Part shown: piece after piece, positions 34,768-38,818 of the stretch | Layout of the letters: every line of letters starts with the position of its first letter | Numbering within the stretch: position 1 is the first letter of the stretch | Source of the DNA: Octopus bimaculoides | Lineage: Eukaryota | DNA length: 38,818 bases | Assembly (NCBI RefSeq): GCF_001194135.2 | Contig: NC_068986.1 | Coordinates: 69,441,327 to 69,480,144, forward strand | Direction of reading: 5' to 3' | Notes under the pieces: generated by a model | What the model saw: only the letters and a program-made list of their open reading frames with translations | Database searches by the model: none | Told to the model about the DNA's origin: nothing | Program-made: the position numbers and the translations under genes

Positions 34768-36269
34768 ATTTAGCTTCACAGTTTTCAGAGAATTAGCGCC
34801 TTACTCTACAAGTTATAGTCAGATGTTCGTATCTCCTCACTAGCAATATGTTGTGTTCTTGGAAATAACCTATACTTCTTATCAAACCAGTTTATCTAAC
34901 TTTAAATAGGCGCTCCAGTAAAAAAAAAAAAAACGAAAAAAAAAAACAAGCAAGAAATATATCATTGCTCTTAGCAATCGGACATTATGAATTTGAATCC
35001 TTGCAGAAATGAATTCAACTCCTTGTCGTTGGTATATTTTATAGACGGCGACTTTATTGGAGTTCCTGTGTCTACTAGAATATGGGATGGAAACATAGCC
35101 CTAACAATTTTACAATCTTTATTTCATCACTGGTTTGAATTGGAACAAATCAATTGTTGCATTAATCTTTTATTCGTGAGATTGCAAATTTCTTTTGTTC
35201 TTTAATAACAAATTACCTCTGTTACTATCTTGACCTAACTCTTGTTGTGGAACAATAATTAATTAAAACGGGTTGTTTTTGAGATGTTTCATTAAAAAAT
35301 GAAGTCACTATTTTCCTTTAATAATAATAAAAAAAAATCCCTCTTAATTTTAATTAATTGTCGTTGGTTTCTGTTTTATTACAATATTAATCTGTTTGAC
35401 AGGAAAAATATGAATCATTACAGAAAGAACAAATGTAATTCCAAGCAAGCATGTTGGCACTTTGATTCTCTCTGATTGTAACCATTAATGCACTGGAATT
35501 GAATAGTCAATGACTATAATTGAATCTTTCTATTTGGAAATATAAAGGAAGAAAAAAACCCAAAACACGTGGCCATTAGCATTTGGCATGGTCAGCCAGA
35601 GGAATAATTCGAAAGAGAACGAATATGTAGTAGTAACATTGAAAGACTGAAAATATGGGTAAATATGTAGTTTACTGTTCAGAATTTTATTTGGTATTTC
35701 ATTACCTACGAAGAGATCATAGAGATTAATCGGGTAGAGAACATCAAAGGGGGACAAAGTCTTATACTTAGCAAAATGTTACTTTATTTTCTTATTCTTT
35801 ATCTATATTTTACTTATTCTAGATTTTTTTTTTAAATCCTGGCTTTTTTTTTCTTTTAACATCCCATGTATTATTCGTAACTTTGATTTGCGTTTGAAAC
35901 ACTGATTTAACGCTTACTCTAATGTAATATAATGCGAATATTGAGATATATTAATAAATCATGATGATAGGAAATATCAAATGCTGATTATTGGAGAAGG
36001 GTGGGACTGAAATGTTAGATTTTCTTATCCTCATGAGTGAACGAACAGACGAAAAGAGTTAACGCCTGATACACGATATAAAGGAAATATGTGTGATCTT
36101 ACCTTCTAGTAAGTCTTCTGCTACATGATACAGGACGTTCGGTTTCTCTTCAGGCGAAATTGAAATAAGAAAATCCATCTGTGACCAGCCATCAAGTAGA
36201 GTTGGATTTAAAATGACTCGGGTCGGACAGATATGTCGAGCAGAAATTTTATACTCAAGCAGACAAAAG

Positions 36270-36302
<33 letters not shown>

Positions 36303-36307
36303 GTCTA

Positions 36308-36344
<37 letters not shown>

Positions 36345-36510
36345 ATATATATCTATATTTCTAGTAAATATGTGCATACATATGCAAAGATGTGCATAGA
36401 GTATATAAACACACACACATACACGCACGCACACACTCACACACACACGTGCGTGCACACACACACACACGTGCGTGCACACACATACACGTGCGTGCAC
36501 ACACACACAG
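36270..36510. repeat. (ATCT)n(GTCT)n microsatellite, then (AC)n with three GTGCGTGC-containing 20-22-bp units
   Basis: Read directly from the sequence. Confidence 0.95.
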
Positions 36511-37352
36511 TGTGTGAAAGACGAGTACGAAATTTAACAAACAGGGATAATTCCATGTCATCGGCCAAGCTGATGACCAGATAAGTTATAATTTTCAGTG
36601 GTGGAAGAACTTAGAATCGCACGTCTGCAAAGCGCCAGTATATATAAAAAAAGGGTTAAATTTTATAATCACTTATTTCGTGTAGGAAAACCACAACAAT
36701 ACTCAAGGTGAGGACGGGTATTCGTGTACATAAATCGCGACTGAAAGCACTTTTCAGCAAGTTTATATCAAGTCGTTCATACAACTTTATGCAATGGCAG
36801 GAGTGAGTGAAAGATGGAGAAGGTGAGCGAGGTTGATCTTAAAATGATAGATTCATACGGCAAAGGGAATCCATCAAACTTTAATATGAGATTCTGCTGT
36901 CTTTTGTCCCAGACATACGATGTCTCTGTCTGGATGTAGCACAACAGTAAATTTCGATATGTATAGTGGTTTAAAAGTTTTAGTAACACTTTGTTCATGG
37001 TACTGTTTATACATGCTTGTAGTCTCTGGTTTTGGCCACGTAGAAGCAAAAGAATGAACTCAATCAGAGATAGTCAGTTACGTTCCCATGTGCTAATCAT
37101 TCATGGTATACAATCCAACATAGTTTTGGTTGAGTTGTGTTTAAATACTTTTTAATGTAAAACTGAACTAAATGGGAGGAGGAGTCTAGTATGGTATCGG
37201 AGTGGTTTTCTAAGGTGTCGTGCATGTATTAGAACAGAATGTGAGATTTGGAGCTTTCACCAATAACAAAAAGAAATGCCCTTCTCCTATATACATGTTA
37301 TTTTGAACACGTTTTTTTTTTATGGCTTTGATAAACAAGATCTTCTAGACTC

Positions 37353-37540
37353 CTATGTATGTACGTATGTATGTATGTATGTATGTATGNNNNNNNNNNT
37401 ATGTATGTATGCATGCATGCATGTATGTATGTATGTACGTATCCCTGCATGCATGCATGCATACATGCATGTATGTATGTATGTATGTATATATGTATGC
37501 TTGCATGCATATATGTATGTATGTAGGTATGCATGCACAT
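37353..37540. repeat. (ATGT)n/(ATGC)n degenerate tetranucleotide array with a 10-N gap
   Basis: Read directly from the sequence. Confidence 0.95.
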
Positions 37541-38386
37541 TGAATACAGCGGTGAGCTATTCGATTTAATTGTCAATTCTTCGATCTCTTCATTTACGCT
37601 AAGATAGCTGTTATTATTTTGATATATCGAGTCCGAGGAAAACTATTAATGTGGATTAAATGCTTTTTGGTGAACAAAACCAAGCATCCAGTGATAAATG
37701 GTGTTCTATCAATGTAAGAATAAATACGACAAACTCATCAGGCTCGACTCTGTTTTATGTGGCGTCGGATCACTGTTGCAGATCCGTTCGCCTGATTTTT
37801 GGTTATGGTTTGTGTACAACACTAAGTGTGCTCATATTTTTGTAGTTAATAGTGGTTTTCTATAAAAACGATCTGAGACCCAGATAAGGCAAGAATAAAT
37901 TCATTATGAATTTGATTTATTATTTGTATACAAATGTCTCTTTCTATTGTGCGAATATGGTTCATGTCAGTGCTCCCAATATATCATCAAACTCATAATT
38001 AAAAGCATTCTAGTTGTGGCCATCCGGTCGATCTAGTAGTATTCATGACTATATTAGCTTGGATTATAATGTTTCCTCACTCCTTTTTAAGGGGGTGTGG
38101 TGTGATTTCAAGAGAATTTGGTTGCCTTATTGGCTAGTCAAGCAATGACATAGAGACGTCCCCGTTGAATCGTATAAGATTCTGTTGTTGCATTTGTTGT
38201 TCTTTGCTGTTACGAGTCAAAGTGGTAACAGCGGATTGAATAATCATTGCCTTAAGTTGTTTTCCAGCCAGATTTATAGGCAAATGATTGAAGAATGTTA
38301 GACAAATCATGCGGTGATAGCTGAAAAATTATCAAAACTGTAGCCACAATTATACACACACACACGTGCACACACAAACACACATG

Positions 38387-38425
<39 letters not shown>

Positions 38426-38652
38426 ATTTATGTATGTATATGTATATAGATAAAAGTAACTTGGAAAAGGATGCGTGGCATTCGGTCATATAATAATATA
38501 AATAATATATAGATATATGCATATATACACACATATATGTACATACCTATATATATATATATGGGAGATTATACAAAAAATAACAACAGACGAGGACAGG
38601 TGGTGTAAATAACAAAAGTATATATTAGTATGACGCTCGGGAATACGGAAAG

Positions 38653-38689
38653 TCTTTGACGTTTCGAGCTACGCTCTTCAACAGAAAGA
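38653..38689 (-). ncRNA. Variant minimal hammerhead-like motif (CUGUUGA core)
   Basis: Minus strand reads TCTTT-CTGTTGA-A-GAG-cgtag-CTC-GAAAC-GTC-AAAGA: 5-bp stem I, 3-bp stem II, palindromic ACGT stem III, GUC triplet. Core position A6 is U. Confidence 0.5.
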
Positions 38690-38818
38690 ATACGGAGACA
38701 AGGAGAAAAACACGGAGAAAAAAAATTGAATAGTGTTCAGTCAACGGTCAATCATAATAATGGCCGATCATAACAATGGCTGACTGACCGGAAGTTAGAA
38801 ATTCTTATTTCAGGAGAG

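Noticed and set aside
35530-35760. Apparent 59-nt GT-AG intron on the minus strand and a 55-nt one on the plus strand
   Set aside because: Equally plausible models exist on both strands, the introns are very short and the peptides are unrecognisable, so this is consistent with chance.
36134-36153. Hammerhead-like CTGAAGA-G-aaac-C-GAAC-GTC on the minus strand
   Set aside because: It has GAAC instead of GAAAC and no stem-I complementarity.

Overview
AT-rich, repeat-dense eukaryotic genomic DNA from a gapped short-read-type assembly (six N gaps, nearly all flanked by microsatellites). There is no intact long ORF, rRNA, genuine tRNA or CRISPR array. Most entries in the ORF track are microsatellite or N-gap artefacts, or fragments of dead retroelements. 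The repeat families resemble those of octopod cephalopods (inference from family recognition, not from a search). Main content: (i) at least 12 well-recognisable copies of one ~210-bp tRNA-derived SINE (head AAGGCGGCGAGCTGGCAGAA..GAGTTCAAATT), plus other tRNA-SINE families; (ii) a decayed ~2.7-kb R4/Dong-clade non-LTR retrotransposon (RT + restriction-like endonuclease) ending in (AAT)n, inside a nest of elements built on TAA microsatellites (16.1-20.3 kb); (iii) further LINE and possible Penelope-like remnants. The most notable signals are a ~115-bp inverted repeat whose two arms each carry a minimal type-I hammerhead-ribozyme fold (8696-8990), three further hammerhead-like motifs, two independent loci with a target-SINE-target'-SINE-target architecture, and closely spaced inverted SINE pairs able to form long dsRNA. 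A few short candidate exons are reported at low confidence.
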